DNA from: Takakia lepidozioides
Lineage: Eukaryota; Plantae; Bryophyta
Direction: 5' to 3'
DNA: 64,000 bases
Assembly (NCBI GenBank): GCA_030704615.1
Contig: CM060734.1
Span: 35,154,001 to 35,218,000 of the forward strand
The position numbers and the translations under genes are program-made. Shown in pieces: positions 1 to 12,073 of the stretch (positions within the stretch are counted from its first letter, which is position 1; each line of letters opens with the position of its first letter). The notes beneath the pieces were generated by a model. It did no database searches, was not told the origin of the DNA, and saw only the letters and a program-made list of their open reading frames with translations.

Positions 1-1730
1 CTGTAATGGTTGGGGCTGAATAGGTCTCTGAATGACCTTCCGCATTCTGGTGTGCGGCTGCCCTCTCAATGCAAAGATGCTGGTCCTTCCAAATAGTTCC
101 GAAACCGCTTTTGGCCACCTCGACTCATAGCACTTGTGGTTCTTGACCAGTACTGACCTCGACAACTCCGGTGATGCGGCTACAATGGTCGGTTTTCCAA
201 GTATGTGTGTCTTATACAATGCGCCAAACCTGTGACCCAATGCCACATACCATTGCAGCACAATGATGACCAGTCTGAAACTACCCACGATCCACCGTGA
301 AATACATAGCTCTTGAATGAATAGCTTAAAAGAAAGAGGTTTGGGGAACTCGTAACTTACACGTACCTCTGAACTAGGTAGTTTTCCTCCTCTGTGTTTT
401 CTTCTCTTGATTATGAATTGCAGGACCTCTGGACTTGTGTTCTAAACTACAAAACTCTTTTTTTATTTCCTTAGCTCACCACCCGCTCTCTCTTTCTCGA
501 CCTCTCTGTGTTTGCTCTGTCCTTTCGTTTTTATATATCTGGACATCATGTTCTGATTTTTTTCGGGAGTCTGGACTCTTGAGTCTCGTGTATCCATCCA
601 TCATAATTACTGAATCTCGTAATAAGATACAGCACACGTCGCTCAAATCCTTTTTCCTCACACATCGCACACTCTGACAGAACTTCATGCTGAATTTCCA
701 ACTTTGTAAGCACTTCTTATTCTAAAGATAAGTAATAGAGTAGTACTTACCCCGTGAGCATGAGGGCCAGTCTGGTTCAAATTCAAATGCATTCAATTAG
801 CAATTTCGAAGTAATAGGCCTGCAAAGTAATTAACACCGGAACGAACTGTAGCTTCAGTACTGCTCCCTCCCTATGTGTATTGGTCCCCTAGGATGTGTT
901 TGGAACAATATGCGCTGTCTCTTTGTTTCTCTTCAGGGTGGGTTCCCACAACCTACGGATAGAGATTGGCAGATGGGAAAACCTGCAACGGGAGGACCGC
1001 CTATGTCCAGCTTGCATAGGGCGCAACAAGGAAATTGAAACTGAAGAACACTTCTTCTTCTACTGCCCTCTGTACTACGAGATCCGTGGGAGATTCCACT
1101 GTTTATTCACTGGAACCCAAACTCTCACTGATGTCTTCCACTATGAGGATAAAAAATGCTTGGCAGCCTACCTGCACGAGGCCTTCACCCTTAGACAATC
1201 GCTAGAACATTAATTGTGGTTTCTGGATTTGTTCCTCTCTCATGTTTTCTTCCATTTTGTCCCATAAGCTCTATGAGCTTTCCGCGGACGTTATAAAGCA
1301 CCATTTCATTTCATTTCATTTCTTTCCATTTTGTCCCATAAGCTCTATGAGCTTTCCGCGGACGTTATAAAGCACCATTTCATTTCATTTCATTTCTTCA
1401 AATTCGAAAGAAATTCACAGAAGAGGTCTGCTTAAAGTTGCGACTTTCATTCCATGTATATTTTTGAGGTGGGGAATGGGACACTAACTTGGAGACTGGT
1501 CCATGGCCAGTAAAGAGAGGGTCCCGTTTCAGAAATTTTCTGCCGTTGCCAAGCCAGGGCCACCCCATGGAGCCTGGAGGTAGAGGAGCCGCTCCTGGCT
1601 GAAGTTGAGGCCGGTAGAGCCATTCAGTAATAACCGAGGCGCCTCCAAAATAAAGAAAGAGGAGCGCAGCTGTACTCAGCCCGCATACGACTGCGGTGGG
1701 TGCTCCTGCACCTGAGCTTATCCAGTCCAT
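1..1730 (-). CDS. Cytochrome P450 of the CYP85 clan (CYP707/CYP88/CYP90-like), 5' part: exon 1 1730-1489, exon 2 229-<1; runs off the window
   Basis: Exon 1 has an N-terminal anchor and a PLPPGSMGWPWLG proline motif. A phase-2 GT-AG intron (1488-230) joins it to K-FGALYKTHILGKPTIVAASPELSRSVL...SIFALRGQPHTRMRK, typical of CYP85-clan enzymes. Confidence 0.85.
896..1397 (+). mobile_element. 5'-truncated non-LTR retrotransposon (RTE/RTEX/L2-like) 3' end in P450 intron 1, antisense to the gene
   Basis: C-terminal zinc-finger-like peptide FRVGSHNLRIEIGRW..REDRLCPAC..ETEEHFFFYCPLY, then a 3' UTR with a stem-loop (AAGCTC-TAT-GAGCTT) and a (CATTT)n tail; the last 74 bp are tandemly duplicated (1250-1323, 1324-1397). 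Confidence 0.75.
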
Positions 1731-3363
1731 AGAAGTCCTCTGATGGGTGCCCAAGGGAGACTTCTCACTAAGCTACAGAGAAAGAGGAAACACAATCTCG
1801 AGAGCAAGGTATCTGGAGTCTGGGGAGATTAGGTGCCCTCTTACTCACAAACTATTCAGCAGCTCTTCAGCAGACAAATCGAGCTTGTGGACATTTGTGT
1901 GTAGGGACCTTAACGAAGGAGGAGAAAGTTCAACCGGAAAGCATAATAATAGAGCAACTTCCTTCCCTGAAAGAAAGAAGAGTCAGAGTTCAACTTATAT
2001 AAGCTCATCTCCACTACATCGGACAAAACACAAGACCTCAGCATGTTTGATTCCATGTACAGCTAGAATCGTGCACAGTTGAACACACTGACGACCTTTG
2101 CATGCAATCAATTTGTCTTTGGCATTTGTAATCCTAAGTTCCTATAGCATTTCTTCACATACTCTGTATGATTTATCTCTTATCAGAGATGCTCCAAAAG
2201 AAAAGAAAATATCGAGACGCTGTAAGATAAGATCTGTAGGTAATAGCACTGAGAGCCTCAGATCCTGCTCTCGAGATGTGTGTGCTATTATCTTCTCCTC
2301 CGACCCTTATGCTTGGTGCCTCATGTATACAAGAGGGCTGTCCAAGAAGGGGGGATCTGGACCTCAAATCCATGGAGAGCCTTCTCCCGCGTAAGGAAAT
2401 GCCCAAAAATTTATTTCCAGCCGCTTACGGCCTCTTTCCAAAAATGGACGTGACGTAACCACTGGGCAGACCCTTGGGCCCGCCAAAATCTCCCTGTCCG
2501 AAAATTGCCCCAAAAATATAAAAAAACATTTCGAGCATTATTTGGTGGAATATAGCGGCAGTGGTTTACGTAGGGTAACGCTCATGGCCAGCCTGGCAAC
2601 TCCGAGGGACCATTCCGCCAGGGCGAGGCTCGGAGGCCGAGACTCGGCTCAAAAGGCAAAATGATTCCTGCAGGGATCGTTCCAAGGGGTTAAGGGCGAA
2701 TTGATGCACTGATCTGGCCCTTCGATATCTCTTTGCACAAAAATTGGAATATGAAGTAAGTTAGGCAGGGCGGGCCTAAGAGCAGGTTCCATGGGCAGCT
2801 GCAAGTACCCCCTATCGCCCCCACGATTACCGAGGTGCTATTGTTTGAAATCGAATATTCCCTAGGGCAGCCCCACAGAATCGCCCCTTGCGAAGAGCCG
2901 CAAAAAAGACGTCCCTTCAAAAGAGGCAATCGAGTTTCGCGGTGCCCTTGACAGGTGGTTTGTCTTTTCTTTGTAGCGGTGCCCGTAGCCTTCCAGAACG
3001 CCATTGTCTTTCATCCAAGAATGGGAGACATGCTCATCAGATGGAAGAGAAAGAAAAAGGAAGAGAAAGAAGGAGAAAGAATTGCTGTCCGTAGAAGGAA
3101 GAAATCAAAGCGTGACGGGCATTGGTGTTTGTCGGTGAAGCGAGGGATTCTGCTGTTCGTTCACAAATCTTGTGAAAGTATATTATGATTCTCAACCATT
3201 GTGATGTTGTTTCATTCCAATTTCAGGTGATATAACAAGAGCGGGACCACTTCCCCTGCTTTTTCATTCCAACACTATGGTTCAGGGTATGGATTTCAGT
3301 TTATTACCAACTCTTTCAGTGCATGTGAGTCGGCCAGTTATTGATGCCATTAGAAACTAAAAT

Positions 3364-5310
3364 TTGCATTGTAATTCATGGTTTAGATTTTTCTACATGG
3401 GATCTGCCGGAGAGGAATGTCAGAGGATTTTCGAGTGCTTCAAGCAATCTCAAGCTTCATTTCAACCTCATGCTCTTAAAACAACAAGAGCAAGGTTGTG
3501 TGAATGGACCTTGTCTGAACTGAAAATCTTTATTGCTACAAAGAAAAATGAGTGGGAGCAGATTCACTGTGGGGTTAGCATGCAAAAGAAAATGGCATCG
3601 GGAAAGGAGAAGTGGAAAGCTATTGCAAAATGGAGTGAGACCGGCGGTGTTGTGAATCCGATCCGAGATCCAGGGGTGTGTAAGAAAAAATGGGAGAGAA
3701 CATTTGGTGATTGGAAGAAGGTGTATGACTACGACAAATATGTTCCATCTGCTCACCTGTCATATTATGAGATGACTACTCAAAAAAGGCGAAGAAAAAA
3801 ATTGTCAGCTTCATTTCCAGAAGAGCTTTACAAGGAGATAAGAGATTGGCTTCCTCAAAGGCAAGAGGTTGACCCAAGGGATGTGTATGTTATGGACTCT
3901 ACAACAATTAATTCTACGATGAGTACAAACGGAAAAGGTACTCATTGTTCTTCAGGTATGTTTTACTCCTCAAATTTTAAGTGCTTTTGAGATTGCTCAA
4001 AATTGAATAGATAGGCTTGGTGATTGCTTTGCTTTCACATTTATTTTGAAATTCAATTGTTTGAATGGGCGTAGGTGATGATCCACACGATCTTTTCACA
4101 CCTTGGGGGGATCACTCCCCATATTTTCAAAACCACGTGAGAACAAATATAGGGTGCAGTTTATTCTTTTGAGGTAAATTTTAGAAAAAACATTACTTAA
4201 AAAATACTGTAGGGCAATATCATTTCACCCCATTTTTTAGAAAAAATGGTCACAAAAATTCTGGAGTTTTACTTAAAAAGTTAATGTAATAAAGGGTTTT
4301 ATCTATAGTATAATGTATCCATCCCTCATATTTCATCCAGAGTACAAAAGATTCGAAGGAAAGTTGGCTCTAAATGATGAATATCAAGGCAACCTTTTGA
4401 TTTGATGAATAAGCTTGCTCTACCCAAATCTGGGGGTCCTTCCATTACGGTGTTTTTGAATTGGTTCTCTAAAGATAGAAGTCAAGTTCAAATATGATTC
4501 CACTAATACGCAGTGGATTGATGTTGAGACCATAATCTCAACAATGACTATGACATTTGAACCATTTCAGAACTCATACTCTTTAGATCCAAGTAATGTT
4601 GTGGCTTTGAATGAGTTCGTGGCTAATGAAATTAAACTTTTCTTTGGATCCGGCATTTGACATATGTGTGGAATGTTATTTGTGCACATGCTTTGAAATT
4701 TTGTAATTATTTAAAAAGATAATTTAAAATAAGGTCTAATTAAGTTTTGAAAAAATAATTATAAAAAATAGGGTATTAAGAAACAAATGGTTTTACAATA
4801 TTATCTAAAGATAGGGTGGAAAAAAATACAAAAATTTAAAAATATAGCCTGGTATAAATATACCTTTATACGCACGTGATATGGAAAAGAGTGAATCTCC
4901 CTGTGTTTCACACCAGTTAATGACTTGCCCGAAGTGAATATAAATGATACATATGAAATAGAGTTGTCAGATGATGAAAACGATACCCCTCCAGCTGAAC
5001 AAAGAGCCCCTTATGGTGTGACATCATCACTGTCTCGAATACCACAGGAAAACAAAAACGAAACAATGATGATGACAAGGCCATTCTGTCCATCTTAAAA
5101 AATACGACATCTATGATTGAGTTTTTGAAAGACGATAGTGTGAGGCGCAATGCCCACAACGGATTGGTTTTAGATCATGAAATGAAATTCCGTCAATAAC
5201 AACTTACATTGCAAAGAAATGTGGGCTTGACAATGTCTACATCGATTGGACGCGTTGCAGATGCTTTACTACAATTAGTGGCATCTCAACATGCGAATTC
5301 CAAAGAATAG
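3364..5310 (+). pseudogene. Trihelix / Myb-SANT-like (ASR3-like or Harbinger-associated) DNA-binding protein, disrupted
   Basis: W..E...KW..IA...R...CKKKWE...DWKKVYDY..SYYEMT..RR..KL..F..ELY trihelix motif; intron 3938-4074; C-terminal helix STSIGRVADALLQL near 5240-5280. Exon 2 is split by an insertion and has a stop and frameshift. Confidence 0.7.
4103..4905. mobile_element. Non-autonomous MULE-like DNA transposon inserted in trihelix exon 2
   Basis: 9-bp direct repeat TTTCACACC at 4094-4102 and 4906-4914; imperfect inverted sub-termini (GGGGGATCACTC..CACGTG..TATAGGGT versus the reverse complement of the right end). Removing it restores the reading GDDPHDLFTPVNDLPEV. Confidence 0.65.
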
Positions 5311-6295
5311 AATGAGACCTCACAAATGACTTTGTGTAATTATCGAGCTTTGTCCACATTTGTGACCAAATGACCATTTCAATTTTATAAGTGAAGATCA
5401 AAGTACTTCTCATTTACGAAGAATTGTTTTCTCTTGCCCCCCCCATCAGCTGAGATTTAATGGTACTTCAAATTAGAGTTAGTTATTGAGATGTTACTAG
5501 ACACACTCAGGCACTAGAATTGATAGAGTTGATAAGAAAGAAAATGCAAAAATTGGAGGGGAGGTCACATTGTTAAAAACAAACATGATGAAATAAGTAC
5601 AACCGCATGTTCTCACATCAGTTTGGATTTGAATAGAACTTAAACACAGAGCTAGGAAATCAAGTTAGCTTTCCAAAGGCATATCACACACTACAATTCA
5701 TGCGGGGATGCCTCCGCGTGAGCGTGTGAGCACGTGAGCGCAGTTAGACTCATGTCACGTCAGCAGTTCTCGCCACTTGGTTTACGGGTGTTACGGCACG
5801 TCAGTAGTCCTCGCCAGCGTGGTTGATGTCACGTCACGTCATGCCACGTCATTTCCATAGGCACGGACCTATAACCGCGGACGGAACAGGCGGAAGGGGG
5901 GAATGCTAGATCGTGAGCCCAGAGGCGTGAAGTAGGTGCATATTTGCGCGGAATGATTTATCTTTTCCAATCATTGCAAACTACATCTTTCACATCCATC
6001 CCACCGCCGCCCCTCGTGTCATAAATTGCGATTTGATAAGTGTGCGATTGCCGAAGTGAGACATTTATCCCTCCTATGAAAGAGAAAATGAGCGTGCTAG
6101 TTTCAACAAGCTGTTGTATCAGTCGATAACAAGGTGTAGTAGCAGTTCCCAGTGCAGATCCCCAACCATCAAAGTTAGCCGGAGTGGAATTGAGGCTTTC
6201 TTACGTAAAAATCGCCCAGATGGAATAGACTGATTTAGATATGGTCTACATACTAAGCCCTTGTATGTTTGGAAATCAAGTATTAAGTATCAAAC

Positions 6296-6381
6296 AGAAG
6301 TGATGATCGTCGACGATCATTACTTCTACCCAAATGCCAAAACAGATCAGAAGTGATGATCGGCACCAATCATCACTTCTG
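6296..6381. repeat. Palindromic repeat (CAGAAGTGATGAT-N-ATCATCACTTCTG); related copies at 17205-17480 on the other side of the retroelement
   Basis: Two hairpin copies here and 2-3 degenerate copies just after 17203, consistent with one repeat split by the insertion. Confidence 0.6.
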
Positions 6382-6454
6382 TTTTATTTATTTATTTTAA
6401 TTATTATTAATAAACAATACAAAACAAAAACAAAACAAAAAATAAATAAAAACA

Positions 6455-6812
6455 TGTCAAGTTAAATAAACACAGTGTGAAACTAACTAGAATAAAGCTA
6501 GTTATTTGTATTTAACACTTGGATTTAGTTCAAGTGTTAAGTCAGGTGTCAAGTTTAGTTTGACACCTGAACCGTCTTATCTTCACGAGAGCGTCAGTCG
6601 TGCGGCTCATCTCTCTCGAGTTGAGCCTGCACGATCGAGCTCCTTCACGCTTTAGAATCTAAGTGTGCTTATGTAGGGAGATTAGGTTGTTGTGGGGTGG
6701 AGTCCCCATAGCTTGGGATGCCCCTGGCTTGACTTCTATTTTAAAGAGTGATGAGTGGTGGTGTTGGTTTTCATGTTTCTTGTGTCAACACTGTGTTCTT
6801 AGTTTTCTATCA
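6455..6812 (+). repeat. Terminal repeat segment A1 (358 bp)
   Basis: Co-linear with 16760-17117, about 8 substitutions by eye; ends TATCA. Confidence 0.95.
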
Positions 6813-6826
6813 CTCGAGAGAGATGA
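6812..6826 (+). promoter_or_regulatory. Self-priming primer-binding site (Tf1/sushi type)
   Basis: ACTCGAGAGAGATGA is the perfect reverse complement of LTR bases 6607-6621 (TCATCTCTCTCGAGT); no TGG-type tRNA PBS is present. Confidence 0.8.
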
Positions 6827-7683
6827 TCTTGCATCTGTGAGTGCCAGAGGTGAGTTTAGTTTTTAGCACTTGTGGTTTTTGTTTTGAAAATGAGAGAGAG
6901 ACCAGTCTCTCAATCCGCCTTCCATACACTTGAGATCCCATGGCATGGCTCAGAGACAGCGGGTCTGGAGTGAGGTCATTATAGTCTGACGACTCTCTGT
7001 CACAAACGGCAGAGATGCGAACTCACTGAACTCAATCAGAGATATGTGAAGAGATATTTGATTGCCACGGGGTAGGTCACAAATAGAGAAGTGATATTAG
7101 GTTACATTTTGAGAGGAGGATTCGCACAGATATGTAACGTAGCTTGCTTGCAAGCACTGAATTGGTGAAGTAAGTTTTGGCATATGCTAGACTCATGGCC
7201 GGGAACGCAAGAATAAGCAATCGACATAGGATACGGTTTCAGAGGCGCAGCTATGTGATTCAGGAAAACAGATCTCTCTCTGTCGAATGAAGTTCCCGTG
7301 GAGGGGGTGAGCACGACAGGCAGCTGGGGGTGGTGGTCGAGACGAGAGGTACATAATGGTGGCTGTGGATGCCATGTGCGGAGCGGCGCTAGTGACAGCT
7401 ACTTGACATTGTGATATCGACCACGGAGGGAGCAGATTCGTTGCCAGAGAGAGTTTTCGTGTGTACACGGGGATACCGTATCCTGCTGCAAGAATCCACC
7501 AGAAAGAAAGCTACACGCAGCAATGACCTGTACTCACACAATGCTATGTAAATTTTTCTTAAGGAGAAAAGAAGAGAAGCAAGGCTGGGCGGCAGTTGTT
7601 ACAGGAATCTGGCCTGCTTGGAGGACATGAGACTTCGAATTCGGAAGGAGCTTCCTCACGATATTTCGCGATGGAGAAAGCCA

Positions 7684-8190
7684 TCAGGTGAAGTTGCTGA
7701 CAGTGCTGATGCTGCCGTAACAGAGCCTGCAACTCCTGCTTTTGAACTCGAAGCAGTTCCTGCTGTAGCACCTGGAGCCGTGGCCGAGACTCCTGCAGTT
7801 GCGAAGCCTACTCCAGTGGTGGATGCAGTAACTCCTGCTCCCGAGGCCGATGTATCTGTTGTGACACCAGAGACAGAAACCAAAGAAGCTGTGCCCACTG
7901 AGATTGAGACGAAGGAGGCGGTCTCTGCCGAGACAGGGGTTTCCAAGGAGACTGTAGTTGAAGAGCAAGATGAGAGTATCCCTGAAGATGTAGCTATGTG
8001 GGGCGTCCCTTTGCTCCACACCAAGGGGGATGAGCGAACTCGGTGCAAATCACAGATCTGAAGAACTTCCCATTTTTCTCCCCTACCAAGAAAGAACTGA
8101 GGATAGCTACAAATGAGGCTCGGGTGTTGTTGCAGGGTAATTACCCGGAACTGGTTGTGAAAAAGGTTTTCATCAACGTCCCGTTTCATC
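7684..8190 (+). pseudogene. Captured patellin (Sec14/CRAL-TRIO) fragments inside the retroelement leader
   Basis: Acidic P/E/A-rich stretch, then PEDVAMWGVPLLHTKGDERT, joined across a deletion to QITDLKN..KKELRIATNEARVLLQGNYPELVVKKVFINVPF; both are patellin-type motifs. Confidence 0.8.
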
Positions 8191-8233
8191 AATCGCAAGC
8201 TTCCCTGCCATTGTTGTTGTGCGAGCTCGCAGC

Positions 8234-8508
8234 TATGGCGTCACTCAGTTTCCTCAAGCATTCTGGCATCCGCTTCTTCGTTGGTGGGAACTTGTGTGGC
8301 TGTGCCGTCTCACCATGCCGCTGTCTCTGTCAAGATGGCTCCTGTGAGGTGCCAAGCAAAAATAGACGCTGAAGCCTTGCAGCGACGGGCTGTGATGGCT
8401 GCCGCCGTGGCCCCTGTGTTGACATTGGCTTCACCTGCTTTAGCCTTGGAAAGCTATTATGAAGGTTTGAAGAAGGAGTCCAAGGAATTCTTAGGGAACC
8501 TGCAGTGA
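8234..8508 (+). pseudogene. Captured 5' fragment of a plastid thylakoid-lumen protein gene (bipartite transit peptide)
   Basis: MASLSF... start, VRCQA stromal cleavage-like site, twin-Arg RRAVMAAAVAPVLTLASPALA with an AxA site; frameshifted. Confidence 0.5.
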
Positions 8509-8831
8509 ATCGCAAAAAAACAAGGGAACAGGGAACCAAAGGAAACCAATTGAAAATAGTTTTTCCTTGTATTTGTTTCTATTTAAGGTCATATATTATA
8601 TTTACAGAGCCTCTTTTGCCATATCTTTGTCATATGAGCTCCGTTTGACACAGTTTTTGAGGGGATAGCTATAGAAAGGGGAAATCTACCTATCTGGTTT
8701 TAGTTTTTTTGGACTTTGCTAAAAATCTATGGAATTTCTTGAGTGTGAGTGTGCTATGAAAGATCCACAATTCTGTTTCTAGAACCTGTTGTGGTCTACA
8801 TGAGAGACAAATCTGTGGATGTCCTCCTTGT

Positions 8832-9590
8832 ATGGCTGGGGGAAATGAGGACGTAATTGAAAGGCAGGTCTCTTCTCTTAGCCTGTGCACACAAGGGGAC
8901 AAGATTTATGTTTTTCAAGGGGCTCAGACTGACTTGAGTGGAGAGCAGTTGGACGAGTTGATTGCATACTGGGAGTCAGGCATTAGCAGTAGACAACAAA
9001 CTACTGTAGTTGGCATTGAAGGCCTCAATATTACTTTGGACAGTCAGAACTCTGTTGGAGCCAGCAGTTCTGCAGCTGTAGGTGAAATACCAAAGTGGGT
9101 GAAAGCTAGGCTTGGAACACAGCAAAAAACGGCCCCGGGGACCAAGGTGTTCAGCCATAAGGCCGTGGTGTACTGAAGCAGAGGAGCAGGAGCTACACAA
9201 GTTTGTGCAATCAGACATGGTTGCAGCCGGACACGCTCTACACGAGGCAACCACGAGCGGGGGTTCATTAGCAATGAAAAGTTTGTGCTGCTTGAAGGAG
9301 ATGTAGTCATTCGCAAAGATGACACCCGCAACCGTTTCAAAGCTTTCGAGTTGAGAGACTGTCAGACCCTACCTTTATTTTCTTTAGTATTCAGTGAGCG
9401 GGAGATAGGGGAGTATTGCTTTGTCTCTACCTGGTAGAAAGAGGGTTGGTTAGAGCGAGCTACTGTAGCTTGGGACAAGGTTAGTGGCAGGTTTCTGGAC
9501 ATAGATATACCTCCTACACCTTACCATCATGCAGAGCGAGGCACTTTGAGAGAAGTCTGGCAGTTGATAGCATAGATCAGGATTAGATCT
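8832..9590 (+). pseudogene. Decayed extra ORF of unknown function upstream of gag
   Basis: 114-aa ORF whose frame continues past a single TGA; no recognisable motif. Confidence 0.35.
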
Positions 9591-10095
9591 TGCTTGGTCG
9601 GGCTTCTATTCTTCCCCTCCCTCTCTTTACTATTTTCATTACTTTGTACTTGTAGTTGCCAAAGCCTCTCTTGGTGGAGGCCAGTCAGTCCGGGGTTTTG
9701 GGTTGGGATATTTTGCAGTATCAGCATTGCAGATGGATTTTGGTGTGGGGGTGTTGATGTTTTGATTTCTTGTATTTGGATCCCCCCTAACACCTGCATG
9801 CTTGACTGTGCGCCATGTTGGTTTTGTGTGGGCGCTTGCTTTCATAGGGATTAGGCCGGATTTGATCACCGGTCAATCCTAGAGTATGCTGTCGGTGGTG
9901 AGGCTGGAATGATGACCAGCAAGACCACCAGTGTTTCTTCTATGGTGAGACTGGGTTGATGACTAGCCAACCATAGGAGTTCTTGCGGTGGATGCAGGTG
10001 CAGGTGCCCTGAGCCACTGGGATATGACCCTTAAACTGCAACAGATGCCCACCCGTATCACTATTAGAATTAGTACTAGAGCCTTATAATGTCAC

Positions 10096-11810
10096 GTGGG
10101 GGAGGTGCACATTGTGAGTGTCATCACGGAGTTACCCAAGGGTTTTGAGGGGAGTACGGCTACAGGCAGTAACAGTGAGAGTGGGTTCACAAGACGAGGT
10201 ATTCGGTTCAGACCACCTTCACCTCCACCCTCAACTAGTGCAGAGTCAGACACATACTCGGAGGCTTCATCAACAGGTGTGCAGTTTCATTCGCCATTGT
10301 TGTGGGACGACATGGAGGAGATGTATGGAGCTACCAAGAGGCCTCGTAGGTACTCTGGAGCTGTGGGCACAATTGAGCTGGATGACTTTATCCAGGAGTT
10401 CGACAGCTGGTGTGATTTGCAGCAGATGCGCAATCCACAGCTGTTCACCCCATTCATGGCGTGGAAGGGACTGTTCCAGCATTTGGAAGGTCCGCCTATG
10501 GACGATTACCACGAGTTCAGGCAAGGACATGAAACAGAGATTGAGGAGTGGAGGATGTATTGTAGGTGGTACCAGTTCAAAAGGTGCTACTACTCCTCCT
10601 GCCACGACTACAACACATGTGCCTAGATTCAACCCGGTGGTGGAGTTCTTCCAGGAGTTGCGGAGGAACTACCAAGGTGTACGGACAGAGAAGTTGCGAA
10701 GTTTGCAAGACTTCCAGCGCAAACCCAGTGAGAGCCTGCGAGAGGCGTACACTCGTATGAGGCGCTTGATAAGTGTAACCCAAGGGGTTACTGAAGCTCA
10801 GGCAATCCAGTTCTGGTATGGAATTTTGGACAAGGAGCTCAGGAGAAGGGTGCGGGATGCAACCCTGTTACAAGCAGCCCAACCCACATTAGCAGATGTG
10901 TTTCTGCTGGCTGAGCGGATTGAGCTCAATATGGTGGAGGAGCGAGTTGTTACCATTGGATTTGGCAAAGACATGCCTGCAAGAGGCGCAGCTGCCAGCC
11001 CACAGGCACAAGGGACTGCCCAACAGCGTGGTCAGGGGGGCAAGGTTTCCCAACCCAAATTTCATGGAGCTTATAGGGGACCTCAGGTGCAGAGGCCAGT
11101 AGCATCTTTTGCAAGCCAACAGCAACCATGGGTGATATGTTGGACATGTGGAGGACCCCATGTCAAGAGAGATTGCCCAGAGAGTGGCAAAAGGCCGGCA
11201 CCAACACAGTGGCAGTGTGGGCATTGTGGCAAGTATGGGCATGGAGATGCCCAGTGTTATGACTTGCATCCTGAGTTGCGCCCAGGCCAGTTCCAAGGAA
11301 CAATGGTGGCCGGGGCGAGGTGGACCAGCCCAGAGAGGACGAGGTGGCCGGGCACGAGGTGCAAGCCAAGGGCAAGCTCAACATGGCCAAGTACGCGGAG
11401 ATCAGGGTGTTGACCAAGGCATGGCCAACCGGCTTCAGCAGCTAGAGCAGAGGCTCGCTGCCATGGCTACAGCTCAGGTGGTACCGGCTCCCAGGCGGGA
11501 TGGTCCACCTCCTGCTCCTGAGGGAGGAGATATGGGAGGCATGGGATTCATGTGCGGAGCAGCACTACCACTAGAGCAGGTGGAGTCTGCTGCAGCCGTG
11601 ACTCGAGGAGCAGCACGAGTTCTTGAGCCACGAGGTGCAGAGGTGGAATTGGATCCACAACGTGGGGAGGCAAGCCGTCAGGCGAGGCTTCCTCAATCAT
11701 TCACATTGGCGGAGACAGTGTCGACGCCATCCATAGCACCTAGTTCTCGCCCGACTGTTACCGAGGCGGAGGTTACTATGCCATGGGGAGAGCTACACGT
11801 GCATCACTGA
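10096..11810 (+). pseudogene. gag (capsid-like region plus two CCHC zinc knuckles), frameshifted
   Basis: LDDFIQEFDSWC; LQDFQRKPSESLREAYTRM; CWTCGGPHVKRDC and CGHCGKYGHGDAQC. Confidence 0.85.
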
Positions 11811-12073
11811 CATCTGCTACCAAGGCTAGTGCAGCCGGTGTGTTATTGGGGGCAGCCACCTCTGTGTGTCAAGCCCCACTGTTCTCGGCAACCATGATTG
11901 CGACGCCGGGGGTAAGACCAGCTGCAGTGTTCAGACTAGCAGCAACACTCTGCGAGAGTGGGGAGGTCACTTCATCTTCTGCAGAGTTACTGGAAGGTGT
12001 AGTGGCAGAGGGATCCTCGGATTTGAGGGTCAAGACTGCCACGGCTACGCCATGACAAGCTGCAGCTGCCAGG

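Noticed and set aside
361-390. Possible extra P450 micro-exon with nearby GT donors
   Set aside because: Exon 1 splices in frame directly to exon 2 and gives the expected protein.
2690-2720. Harbinger-like left end (TAA|GGGCGAATTG)
   Set aside because: No matching right inverted repeat found.
7618-8372. Functional patellin gene
   Set aside because: Internally deleted, frameshifted, lacks the GOLD domain and lies inside a retroelement.
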